DNA of 64,000 nucleotides from Phoronis australis (Eukaryota; Animalia; Phoronida). Made by a program: the position numbers and the translations under genes. The stretch spans positions 43,820 to 107,819 of the forward strand of contig NMRA01000108.1 of the NCBI GenBank assembly GCA_002633005.1. The letters run 5' to 3'. A model generated the notes under the pieces. That model was not told the origin of the DNA. It was given only the letters and a program-made list of their open reading frames with translations, and did not search any database. Positions 49,662 to 61,929 of the stretch are shown one piece after another; position 1 is the stretch's first letter, and every line of letters begins with the position of its first letter.

Positions 49662-50494
49662 GGATAGCCTATTTATTCTACAAATGCAAACCTTACTACA
49701 TACGGCGATATCTTGTTACTTTATGTGGTTTGTCTTATAAAATATGTGAAACATACCCACGCTCGGGAAAGCGACAAGATTTCTTTGATTTTAAAAACTA
49801 GTAAAGTTTTATTTCATATTAAAATTATCAGAAATTTCAAATTGCGAAATGTACAAGTTGAGCATTGAACCATTTAATAATATTGAAACTTCTTCGAAAC
49901 TTTGAGACAATCCATGTGGGATTATACAATTTGAATTGTTACGTAAACAGTTGTGCAACGATGTCTCCTTTGTCCGCTGTTGCATAAATTTGTTAGTTTC
50001 CTAAGTCTAATTTTTGTTTCTTAGCTTCTACATTAAAAATAGTAATATATAATAAGATCCCAGTACCGGGAAATAACAATAAACACAGTGCTGATTTGGT
50101 GAATTTGAGGTACGGACTGCATCTGCGAGACAGCGAGATACAGGAAAAATCTAGGAATGCTGCTAGCAGTCAACTGTGTCAGTGAAAAGTACAAACTCAA
50201 TACAGTGTATGAAGTCGCAATTTCCAGTAGATATCGAGTTAAAAACATTGTATGCATTCATGACACAATGTTTCCGCTTGATCTGAATTAGACTTTCTTC
50301 GGACCAAGACCAATCAAATCTGCTGTAGTTCACGCCAATCCGCTCCTCCAGCTAAGATACTGCAAATCAAAGGTGGAATACTGTCTCAATTATTGAATAA
50401 TGGATTGGCTTTACTTTCCCGTATAACATAGCTCCATTTACACATATAAGGGATAAATATATATGCACTCATTGTCACTTTCCTTCTGGTCCGT

Positions 50495-51909
50495 TTATGT
50501 TGTTTCACAAGACATTTCACGTGTTCTATCAAGGGATTCTGTCAAGCGTGCTGCCAGTGTTGGTTGACACACGTTTCGGATCCAGTGGTACATGTCAGGG
50601 GTGATTTGGGAATTGCGGTCGTAAACAGCCAAGGAGGCACTGGGTTCGACCTGTCCAGCGTTGGCCCTCATCTTTCTTCGACCTCCCGTAATGGACATTA
50701 TGATTGGAATTATAAGAATACCATGTGCGTATCCGATGACTATTACCAGTAAGAGAATTTTGAAGTAAACTCGAAATATGTGCGAAGAAGCAGCAGCTAG
50801 AACAACGAATCCAAGAAGGGTAGACAGTGCACCCTGGGTAATAGGTAACCCGAGAAATCCTAGTGCATCGCAAGCACGGCCGTTAGGTTCAGGATGTCCA
50901 CTGATCGAAAAGGCGTAAGAAACGTGTGCAGAAAAATCAACACTGAAACCGATTGACATTACGATGCATATCATAGACACGGAGTCCACTTTTTCTTTCC
51001 AAAATGTCATGAATCCAAACAAACCAGTGCTGATAGAAGCGATGCTTAAAAACACCCAAAGAGCAACTGCTGGGTTGGGTATCAGCAAAAGAGATACAAC
51101 AAGCATACAGCCAGTTGCTATACCAACGTTTTGTAACGTGTTGGAAAGAACTGTATCGTATTGGTCATAATAAATAAAACTCGGATGATAGGCGATGACA
51201 TCCAGTGAGGATTCACGGGCTTTGTTACGTGCAGTCACCATCATGTAGCGGTCCCGTGTGGTGTTGGTCATGTTGATCGATTGAACAAAAACTCTCGAGT
51301 GAGATATTTCAGTTTTATCGGGGCTGAAAACTATGTCCAATTTGTATTTTGAATAGGCTGGTTCCAATAAAAAACGGTTGAGAAGACTGTACGTGAAGTT
51401 ATGTTTGTCGACTTCAATATCGTGATCATTAAGATATTTCAAATAGTCATGGATCCAAGACGTCATGAACTCACGACCAGCGAAATATCCGGAACTTCCC
51501 AAATCTTCTACTAGTGAGTCCAATTCAGAAATTGTGTGTGGTGAAGAATAGTCAACTTTTTCCCTTATAACCAGCATTACGTTTGCATGGTATTCCGTAT
51601 AATATTCATCGTCCATGTCGTAGAATTTTATGGCATACGAATTGTCAAGAGCTAGCTTTCGGAGATCCAAGCCCTCTTCGACTTTAGTGCAGCCATAAAT
51701 CGCTGTCGCTAAATATCCTAGATAGAGTAGCATTGTTACAACTTTGACTGGGGTCTTCATGATGAATGGACCGTAGTGCTTACGGAAGAAGGTCATCACG
51801 TCATGCGAATTTGTTGCAATGTCGTTCTTGGATGCATTGTTTACGTCATCATTGAAGTTTTCCCGGTAACCCCCAGCACAAAAATATCGATAACAAGAAG
51901 ATTTGGTCC
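50495..51909 (-). CDS. PTCHD3: PTCHD3-like coding exon 3
   Basis: Acceptor CTTCTTTCAG. Open to TAA at 50495. Second extracellular loop and C-terminal TM cluster. Candidate AATAAA (minus) near 49807. Confidence 0.92.
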
Positions 51910-54900
51910 CTGAAAGAAGTGACGAAGACATTACCATTGAGTGATGTAGTGTTTCCGTAACATTTGAAAAGGACAGATAATGCCCCACCCATTCCCAAAA
52001 AACGCACAATGACCTCACCACACATTGCCGTTGCTTTTAAACACATGCATGTATTGGTGGGGCCCGCCTTAAATACCCATGTACATGTTGACGGTGTGTT
52101 TCATTTAAAAAAAAAACAATCAAAGGTTGACAAGCAGCGCGTATACACTCCATGAGATAGTCATTCGATTAAAGCCATAATACATGGTACTGTTGAAGGC
52201 AATTGGATATTTATGCAATACATTCTTTTGGTCAAAGCTGGCTACGCAGTTTGAATTTGGTTATAGATTTAGTGAAAACTCTATCAATGGTTACATCAAA
52301 ATAAGTGAAAGGAAAGGCGATAGCTTTCAAAAAAGAAACGTATATCGTACCTGCTTCACTTTTTGGCAAGACTGTCCTACATATGAAGGAGTGTCGGTTC
52401 TGGTGTTCGCGCTTCCCGATCAAAGCCATGCATCCTCCAAAGAAGGTAACCTGGTACACAAAGTCAAGGACAATGCTCAGTCCTGTGTAGGCACAAAAGA
52501 TCTGCACCGATGGGTAAAAGGTTATAGCACCAATGCCAAACGCCAAGGCGTCCGTCGCTGTCGTTATGGTGATAGAAATAACAGCATCGCTGAACGTTTG
52601 ACCGAGACGCTGTTCAACGGTCTGACGAGGATCTGTTTGACGCCACGCAGCCAATAGAACGAACATGTCATCCACGCCAACGGCTGGAACGAAAGTATTT
52701 AGATTTTGTTTCATCCAATTTTGTATATACTATAAAAGTTTTGCCATGATGCGACTCAACAAAATTTAAGCTAGAGGTAAATCGATGATTTTCAGAAAAG
52801 GTTTGACCTTTATTAATGATACCAAAAACATGGTATGTTTGCAAACATATGGGGCACATTGGAGGCATGGCAATTGCACTACAGAAAAAAATCTCTCCAC
52901 TGTCTATTTTGCGCTTAATACCCTGATTGCTGCGGCAAATTAGCAAATTTAGGTGAGTGCGATGTGAAATTTGAGGCTTAGCTTCCGAAAAAGTACTAGA
53001 AATTGCGTAATTAAATGTGCGGTGCGTGTGCGTGCATGTGTGTGTGCGTGTGCGTAGCGTAGAGTGGCCAATGAGTCCCTGTGTTCAGAGCAAAGTTCTA
53101 GAGCGAGTGAGTGTAGAGACAAGCAAATGCCTCTTCCAGCGACTGACTCAGCCAGAAATGTCCACACGAAAATACACTCGCGCATCCATACGTCATTCAG
53201 CCTGACCTTACAATGCGTGACGGAAGATTTTCGAGAATTGTTCGAGGTGAAACGATTTGAAAAGTGCAAACAAAGGAAGGGATTTGTGCTTAGGTTTATT
53301 TCTTTACCATTTTCAACTACTTTGATGACGTTTTTATGGCTGGTCAGTCCTAGAACTTGGCAGGTATTTTTCAAGTGCGTGTTTTTTCTGTTTCAAATTG
53401 GCCGGTTAAATTTCGGGTCGGCAAATGGCTTACGGTAACGAGAACTCCTTTGAAATCTCAGTCCGTGCACTTCAACTTCAAAGGTCATGGGAGACCAGGG
53501 GGTTCAAACCTCCATTTTATGGCTCACCAGGGCTTTACCGTCGTTAATTTGAATAGTTAATGATAGTTCTTTAGAGGACGTGTGATTTCTCCAAAACATG
53601 TCGTGGGAAACGCTGCAACATGCCGTGACAAAACCAAAACGGTAAAGGTTCACTTGACGTCCCGATGAATACGAGTGAGGTCAATTATTTCTTGTGCATG
53701 TATTTTTCCACTCATGTTACGAGTGAGGTCATTTTTTTCTTGTACATGTATTTTCCCCTCATGTTCAAAGGTCTACGCTCTTTTATCAAACCAGGTCATC
53801 ACCATGGAGCCCTGTGTAAGTTTTTGCTTAGTGTATTGATGTTTGCTGCTTTTTGATGCTAGAGTTTGCATCTTCTGAATTTAGCTACATTGCAATATAA
53901 TGCTTGGCTGATAATGACTGACAACAATCCAAGTTATGCCCTGATTTATTAAACCCGGAAATTAGACGGGGACCAAGCTGCCTCACCGCAAGCGCAGTAC
54001 AGATAATTCTGTGCCCATCAAGTCATTATTGTCTTAAAAGCTACATTGTCAGATAACATTTCACGTATTCCTGAGCAGCAAGAGGGCAGTTACCTCTTCA
54101 AATATAACCTGTCTAGGACAAATTCGGGTAGTACAGCACCAAATACAAAACAGGGAATTCTTGAAAAAAGTATGATGAATTCCAATGACAGCAAATTATA
54201 CAAAAAACTAATTGAATCAGTTCTTGGCCACAGTGAGATTAAAAACCGGACGATCGCCGCACAAATGAAAAAGTTCATGTTAAATCAACGTTTCCTCTAT
54301 TCATTAGAAATCATCAGGATATTTACAAGTGCCAATATACAGCTCAGGTGACATCCATGAGGTGAAGTGAGAGATACAGAGTAGTCAGTAGCTGGTCATC
54401 TCCATAGTTTCAGGGTCACTGAGCTCTGCATGTTGTTCAGAGAATTAGTAGCAAGCTGGTTCTGAATGGCCAATGACTCTTTAATGTAGAGTAATTCCTT
54501 ATTAGTTTAACTGCAGATAACAGTAACTGAATTGGCTTGGTGATTGTTGCTAACACAATGCCTGTATTTGATGCTTTTCTCTGTGGTGTGATGTTCTTCC
54601 AGCCTATCATTGGCCATTCAGAACTAGCATGCTACTGATTCTGTGAAGAACATGCAGAGCTCAGTGACCCTGCAACTATGGTGTTGACCAGCAAGTGATT
54701 ACTCTGCATCTCACCCTTCACTTCATGGATGTTACCTGAGCTGTATGTGGGCACTTGCTCTCCTATGTAAATATCCTGATGATGTCTAATGAATAGACGA
54801 AACGTTGAGTTAACATGAACTTTTTCATTTATGCAAAAAATGCTGCTTAAACAACCAATGGTATTTATTTGAAGATCGTTACCAGGAAACATTATTAATG

Positions 54901-57353
54901 ATGTTGGAAAGTTTTGCATGCTTTACCTTTGATATTGAGCAGATGTCAAAATCAAAAGAAGTTTGGTATAGATGTGTGAGATGGGGGTATGCATTATATT
55001 TCAGCAACATTATAGAGGATCGTCATTCCACCAACTTCTAAAGAAAAGTAAAGGGTTTTTAAAACATAACATCTACGATTGCTGCCATTGACAATTTATA
55101 AATATGGCCTAAAACAAAATCTTGCTTTGTAAGGTCTTCATAATACAGAAAGTGATTTCTATTTTTGTTAAAATTGTTAATTATTTTGTATGTAGAATCT
55201 AAGTTAAAAAGGAATTGAGATCATGCGGGTGTGCATACATTATTCTTATAAGATACTTACACGTAAGAGTTGTGAATAATTTAGGGTGTTGTTGCTTTCT
55301 TTTTAAGATTTTAAGTATTTTATTTCTCAAAAGAAAAGAAATAACTTCAAATTCAAACGAATAATTAGCTATCAACAGGAAAAGTACAACATTCACACAC
55401 CCTTCATACACCTATGCACTCTTACTGAACAAGTTACTTCCAAAATCATACATGTCCGAGTAAATATATATCTAAGTATTTATTTTGTAATTGGAGCATG
55501 CGAAACGAAACAAGATGACAGCATTTTGCCGTTCAGTGGACTTTACCAGACGGAGAGGGTTCTGGGAGTGTGATGACATCTAGCTTCTTTGTTAGCTGCC
55601 AATCACATTCTTTTGTCTTTTATGACAACAAGCAGGCTAATTATCTTCCAGGCTTATTACAGACCACGTGTGAACACAGTTAAACTCAAAGTGAATTGGT
55701 GTCTGATGATTCGTAAAGAATAGATTGTCGTAACTTCGGTTGCAGTTGGGTGACTTTGGCGATTCAAAAACTAAACACGATCACCATTTGACGAAGATTT
55801 CAGAAATGCAATTGGTTTATGTTCGAATATGTTATAACTTAACTTTTATTTTTAACAGCACAACCCAATCAGGGTGGATACGACATTATTGGAGATTAGA
55901 GCAATTACCGAAAAAAGAGAGCTGGCCCTGCAACCATAGATTCCAGAATGGAGTAAATCAGTCGTATAAAATATTGGCTACAGGGGTAAACTTCCCAACA
56001 TGCTGTTGGGCTATGGAATCGAACAAGTTGGGAGCATTGGGAAAACGCCGTAATGAAACGCTGGTAACGATCCCAACTGCCGCCGTCGTTTTGAAGACAG
56101 CTGTATGGATACTCATACGAGTTAAAGTAAGAAAACTAAAAGCAATCCACAGTCAATTAAAAGTTTTTTAAACGACTAAGGACTAATTTGACAAAGTTAA
56201 AATTTAGTCAAATTTTAGGTCTTAAACCTTAAGTTTTTATTTATTTGCCATAAAATAGGCTCTGCATGATTATAATAAGCAACCTTTAGAAGACACAAGA
56301 ATAACACATATTATGTTACTCACCCAGAGAGACGAATGGTGTCACGCCAACTATTGATATGAAAGGCATTCCAAAATACATCAGTAATCCAAATGTAGAG
56401 AGGGTAGACAGAGCAACAGAGATGACACCCAGAAATCCCAGCCAGGGCTTACTCAGAACCCAGTCAAGCATCAGACAGGACATGATGGAAAATGTTATCA
56501 TGATGGTAAAGACAATGGAGATCAGGGAAACTGTCTGTCCTGAAGCTTCGCTCAGCTCTTCTTCTAAAGTACTGGAGGTGTAGTATGCGATCTGGATGTC
56601 TTCAATCTTCTTGTCTTTAAAAACCTTTAAAAATTCGTTTACCCATTTCGTAGCTTTTGTCTCGTTCTTTGTGTCGATGTAATAAAACAACTTATAGGCT
56701 TTTACCGAGACTATAACTTGGTTTACATCAGTGTCCACACCACCAAACATACTATGGAGAAATATGGAACGATTGGTCTGCACTTCATGTCCAGAAACTG
56801 GAGAATGTGTGCCCGGAATAGCCAACACATATTCTGGGTATGTCAGTTTTATGTCAGCCATAGCAGATGCGTTTCCATCAAGTAATGAAACGATAAAATT
56901 TTCATCAGCACATTGATCCTTCCACTTGGCACATATGTTTCGAAAGAAGTGTGGCTTTCCATCTATTAAGACGCTGAGGTTTCTGACAAACAAGTCGAGC
57001 TCAATTAGTCGATTCAAAATCCTTTCTCTCAGAATCGAATGTCCGTCTGAACTGGTTACAATAATAGAGCTATACATACCCAACTCGAGTAATCTGAGTC
57101 GATCAAACTCTCCTGATTCGTTTGCAGAAAATGCGGCTCTGGCAATGTTCCTTGCAGTTTTTGCTGGTCCGTTGGTGGGCGTAAATAAATATTCTACATT
57201 GCTTTCTGACTTCAAGAAGACAAATCCTCCTCCTAGTCCACCTGCCACAATCACTGGTACAGCGATAAACCATAAAGGGTGTCGTGCAATGAACTTGCCA
57301 TATTTACGAAATAAAACCCCTAAGGGCTTCTCTATGCAGTTTGTTTTAACCAT
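50495..57353 (-). CDS. PTCHD3: Patched domain-containing protein 3-like (sterol-sensing RND membrane protein); join complement(56324..57353, 52351..52683, 50495..51909), 925 aa
   Basis: Three exons with GT-AG introns, both phase 1, splice into an open 2778-nt frame. N-terminal FIARHPLWF TM and YLFTPTNG, sterol-sensing domain with AVGVDDMF and ITITTATDALAFGIG, and second-half IGFSVDFSAH. Exact orthology within PTCHD1/3/4 and PTR is not determined. Confidence 0.93.
52351..52683 (-). CDS. PTCHD3: PTCHD3-like coding exon 2 (sterol-sensing domain core)
   Basis: Acceptor TTTCGTTCCAG, donor CAG|GTACG. Encodes AVGVDDMFVLLAAW...YQVTFFGGCM. Confidence 0.92.
53672..53765. repeat. Two-copy ~48-bp tandem duplication
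   Basis: ACGAGTGAGGTCA.TT.TTTCTTGT.CATGTATTTT.CC.CTCATGTT occurs twice. Confidence 0.8.
54259..54834. mobile_element. Foldback/MITE-like inverted repeat in PTCHD intron 1
   Basis: 54259-54475 is the imperfect reverse complement of 54607-54834, with a ~130-bp spacer. No clear TSD. Confidence 0.85.
56324..57353 (-). CDS. PTCHD3: PTCHD3-like coding exon 1
   Basis: ATG at 57353 (MVKTNCIEKPLG) and donor G|GTGAGT at 56323. The acceptor-like TTTTCTGTTGTAG at 57384-57396 suggests an upstream UTR exon. Confidence 0.92.
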
Positions 57354-60300
57354 TTGTAACAAACTTAATTGACTTCTTCACACCTACAACAGAAAAGTCT
57401 GGTAAAACTTGCTGATTTCGCAATATGGGCTCAGGTAACAAGTTGTAAAAAGATTCAATTCAATTTATCCATTACAACACTGAACATTGTCCGTTTTATA
57501 GTCTTTCGGTCGGTAGAATAAGTGCCTTTTCCTTGCCCAGTTTAAACTCTGCCTCAAAAGTCTTTGTTCATAAAATAGGTCGGTGGTTACGAAAGGCAAC
57601 AAAAGTGTTGATAACATTGGCACAGTCTTTTTTCTTGTTCAGTATATAGGCTCGGGAAGAACTAGTAGCTTCACACGTGTGTTTCTACAGCAGCGACAGG
57701 GAATTCCATGAGCTTGCTCTGAAGAATTGTCCGTTGTTTCCGCATCCGGAAATTATACTTAAATGACTGAAGATTAGTTCCATAGCATTTACGGTATTGA
57801 TCTCAATCAAAACGTATTTTTGTTGGCTCAAAGTAAGGATTAATGCCACTTTAACCCATGCGACACATCAACTGTATCCATTTTTAATGCGCATGTGTAA
57901 CTTAACATGACAACTACTTTAGCCTGTTTATATTCACGCAGGGAGTGCTACGTGATCGATAAAAGTCCTTGATGCCACTTTCAAAATTCTAGACCAAGTT
58001 TTGAAAACTTCTTACAGTCCTGCTATGTACATGTATCTTTAAACGAGACTTTCGCTTGGGGTAATTCTATCGACGACTGTAGGTACAGACCGCCTTTCTT
58101 TTCGTGTTTTGCGGAATTAATATTTGTTGAGAATAAAAGTGAGAACAACAGACATCTTAATCAAAAAGGTTTTTCTTCCAAATGGTCTTCACAAAAATAT
58201 ATACAACATGGTCGTCATAAAAATCCATACAATAAACATGGTAATAAATAAAGGTATAAACAATGAAAGGGATATGGCGATAACTTACAATTATTGATGG
58301 GATCATGGCAAAGCAGTAAATTTAAAAAGATCATGTTAAAAACATTATATTAAATACAAAATAATTAAACAAAAAAGCAAAAAACGTAATAACCATGGTG
58401 TTGCCACGTGATCATTTGAAACACGCATACATCGTAGGTAATGATTAAGTCGAGTTTGAGCTTAAACCTCTAGCTTAATTAGTAAGCAACAACACCATTC
58501 TTACTCTTAGGAGTGAATTTACACTGGTTTTACTTTTATAACTTTTGCTTGTATATTGTGTTTGTTTACTAGGAGTTAGCACCTGATATGAGGTGTCGAA
58601 TGAGTCACCCTTTCTTAATAAGAGTGGATTTTGTAAAGAAAAGAAAGGAAAAGTTACACAAAGATCTTCAGGCGATAGCCACTGAGGGAGCTTTCAAATA
58701 CTACGTCATCACTCAAGAAGTTTCGAAATGTTTCAAAATATTACAGGGGGAAGGGGTTAGACTAATGGTTGCGTTCTCACGTGTTTTATTCCAATATCTC
58801 CTTCACATTACTTAATGTTGGCAAACCCGTTCACCTTCTAAGGAATTTGACAAATTCTGAAACTAGGACCCGCCGTTACATACTTCCAAGAGTTGATCGT
58901 ATATCACGAGGCTTACGTGGTGTACTCAAAAATGATAGTCTTATTCCATCTCTGCTTAACAGTATTTTCCCACTAGAGAAGAAATTTTGCTTTTAGGGAA
59001 GTTTCGCTGAGTGGGAAAAGTTAAAGAAGCCGCCTAAGCACCTTGCGTCGTAATTCCCATAGGAAAATCTTTTTCTGTTTTGAGAGCAGTAAAACTGCTT
59101 TATAGGAGCGATGCCTTGGTTTAATGACTTAGGTAACCCAAATGAACAAGCTCAATCAAATCTCAACGAGGAGACTGCTCACCAACCCTAAAATACTACA
59201 TATACCGTTGCATATGGCCTCTACCGTTGTATGCGGATTGGCTCTACATTCCCGTATTTTACAGTTGATAACGTGACGTACACAACACTGACCCATATTT
59301 TCACATAAATGAGATAAATATGTGTTATTGTTATACAACGTTCGTGTTTGTACCAGTGGATATTATAGAGGTTCGTGATTTGCACAGGTGCTTGTGCATG
59401 TCACAAATCGAGATACATGTATGATGACANCTATAGGTTGGGGACAATCCCGGCAATGCAGCCATTAAGAACTGAGTAACTGTGAACCAACAGGGAGAGT
59501 AAGAATAGGCCTAGGACCGGAATACTAACCGGTAGTGAAGAGCTGCCTCAAGTAACTATACCTGAGATTTAAGAGTATGGATATACAAAATTCCAGATGA
59601 ACTACAGCTAGTTGCTGGTCACTTTAGCTATGATTCACTTAAGACAGGCAGCTCTTAGCGGACGTCTTCGCTGGCTTTAAGGTCGAGATTCGTTTTATTA
59701 TGATCCACTATAGGAGATTGGTTTTACTATTGGGGAACATGGGAGATGGGGCTTTCTTATTAAGGTGTATTTTGCTCATTTCAGTGGTATAACGGTTCGC
59801 GAGGTAAATTTGATCTCCACTGACAAAAACGAAATCGTTTTTTATGATTGCGAGAGTTCTTTGAGTACGCCGTTTCGACTTGTACACGGTCATCACAAAT
59901 AGTTGCTTACACTGCAGTGTTTTCCACATGTGGGAATTCCTTACAAACAAATCGTAGTAACCATGCGCGAACCCGGGGGGTGGCGAAGTGCGCAAAAAGG
60001 ACAGCCTCAGAGAAACAAAGCGTCCGAGAAAACGAGATAAAAATCCACTGAAAAGGCAGGAACTCGGCGGTAATGCTCAATTCATAGCACTGATTGTAGT
60101 ATCCCGTTTTTTAGTCTCTATTTTTAGTAAGACGTCCACATTCTCAAAATTTTCAAGCCCTCCTATACTTTAGGCTCGGTGCCCACATCTTCAAAAGAGA
60201 TTCTATTCTTAAGACTCTATGTGGAACAGTAACATTATTTTATAACTAACTATAGGAAATAATCCTTTTGTGTAATTCACAAATAGTGGTCTTCAAGTTC

Positions 60301-61929
60301 TTCTAAGTTCCTCCCTTTCGATGGTGGTCAATCCTATTGATTGTTTCATATTTTTGGTTGTTTGGGTCGAATGTCTTGATACCGCTGTGCTGGGCACGAA
60401 TGTTTTTTTTTTTTTTTGATGAATTTGGAATCTCAACTTCCCTTCTGAATATTTGGCAGTGTCAGATTTACATAGATTACAAAGGGGCATGTTGCCCTGA
60501 TCTGCTTCACCGAGAGAGAGTCTCATCTGATATGGGAAAGCTGGAGATGAAAGGCTAAACATCATTAAGCTTGGAAAAAGAGTGACAGTTCATTCCGCTC
60601 TCATGTGGTCACAAAACGATGCAGGAAGCGACCTTCAACATGAAAGCCGGTTTCACGATTTCACAAAAATCAGCAAAATGAAGGTAATCAATTCCAACAT
60701 TGGGCCCTCTTTCCGTGAGCGGCCCTTTAAGAATTTATCAGTAAAAACACAAGAAGGTGGCCACTTGAATATCATCAATGCCCTCCCTCAAGCGTGAGGC
60801 CCCTAAATATGAAAATAACTATATTTTTTCGAAAATTGGGAAATGCTCACCAATTGATGTTATCTGTCAGGTTATCAAATTTTCTCAAGTGATACACAGT
60901 TTTGAGAAAAAAATAAAGCAAAAGTTGCCTTGGTTATCCCTTCCCAGAGAGGGGCCTCTGGAAAAATATAGTTTTGCATTCGCAAAATTGACTTATTGAA
61001 TTTAAGAATCGAATAAGTCAGTACGCTCCTCAAAAGCTTCGCTTCACAAATTATATCGGTTTTTCGATATATATGTACGAATGAATGATTACGTGCACAT
61101 TTTCAAGTGCATTTAGACGACCTGAGCTGCAAAACCAGAGACCCTAAGAATATCCTGGCCAGGGTGCTCGAAGGCAAGCCTTGCACTGTTTTTAAATGTT
61201 CTCTTAGAATTGTCTCTCTTATCCGTATTTCGTAGTCTCTCTTTTCGGTGTTGTCACCGGCCCCACGCCTTTGTAGGTTGCCACGGTTTAACGCCGACNT
61301 AATTTTTTCCCCCCCCCCCCCACCACCACCTCTTTCTACAGCCCTGCACTGGTACAAAAACGTAGTTTTATAACCAATGTATCCCATGCGCCCCGCTGAG
61401 GATTCTTTAAAGAAGCGGATTTACACAAATTGTTCCGCTTGTTTTTGTGTCGTTTGTCATCTTTTATCAATGATGATCGCCAATCGAGTGACAGGTATAC
61501 GTACACATACTATTTTCATGAATAGCGAAGTTTTTTGCTACCTTCATGAGACGGCAGTTCAAGTTTTACAGCAGCTACAGGCTTGGGATGCGTATCTGCT
61601 ATTTTCAATATTTTCGTTAGTCTTTGAGCTGAAATCTATTTTTAAGTTAAAGTTTGCATACATTTTTAACGTTTTTCTTGACATTGTTGAGTAATATCTG
61701 TGAAGGACACCCAGACGTTGTGGCTGATGTAAGTTCAGACGCCGTTCTGATCATTTTTAGGTACAAAATAATCAGAAATTTATCATAAAATTGACAAAAA
61801 TACGGTGTTTACTATAGTTGCAGTTTTGCATCCTGGAATTCATTTGCGGAGAGTAATTTATCATGCGGCACCAAAGGTCTAATTAATACTAAACATAATT
61901 TTGAATGAATGCCAGACTAAACTCTTCAC

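Noticed and set aside
52184-57372. Plus-strand ORFs (52184..52657, 56926..57372 and others) overlapping PTCHD exons
   Set aside because: Antisense shadows of real coding exons with no recognisable motifs.
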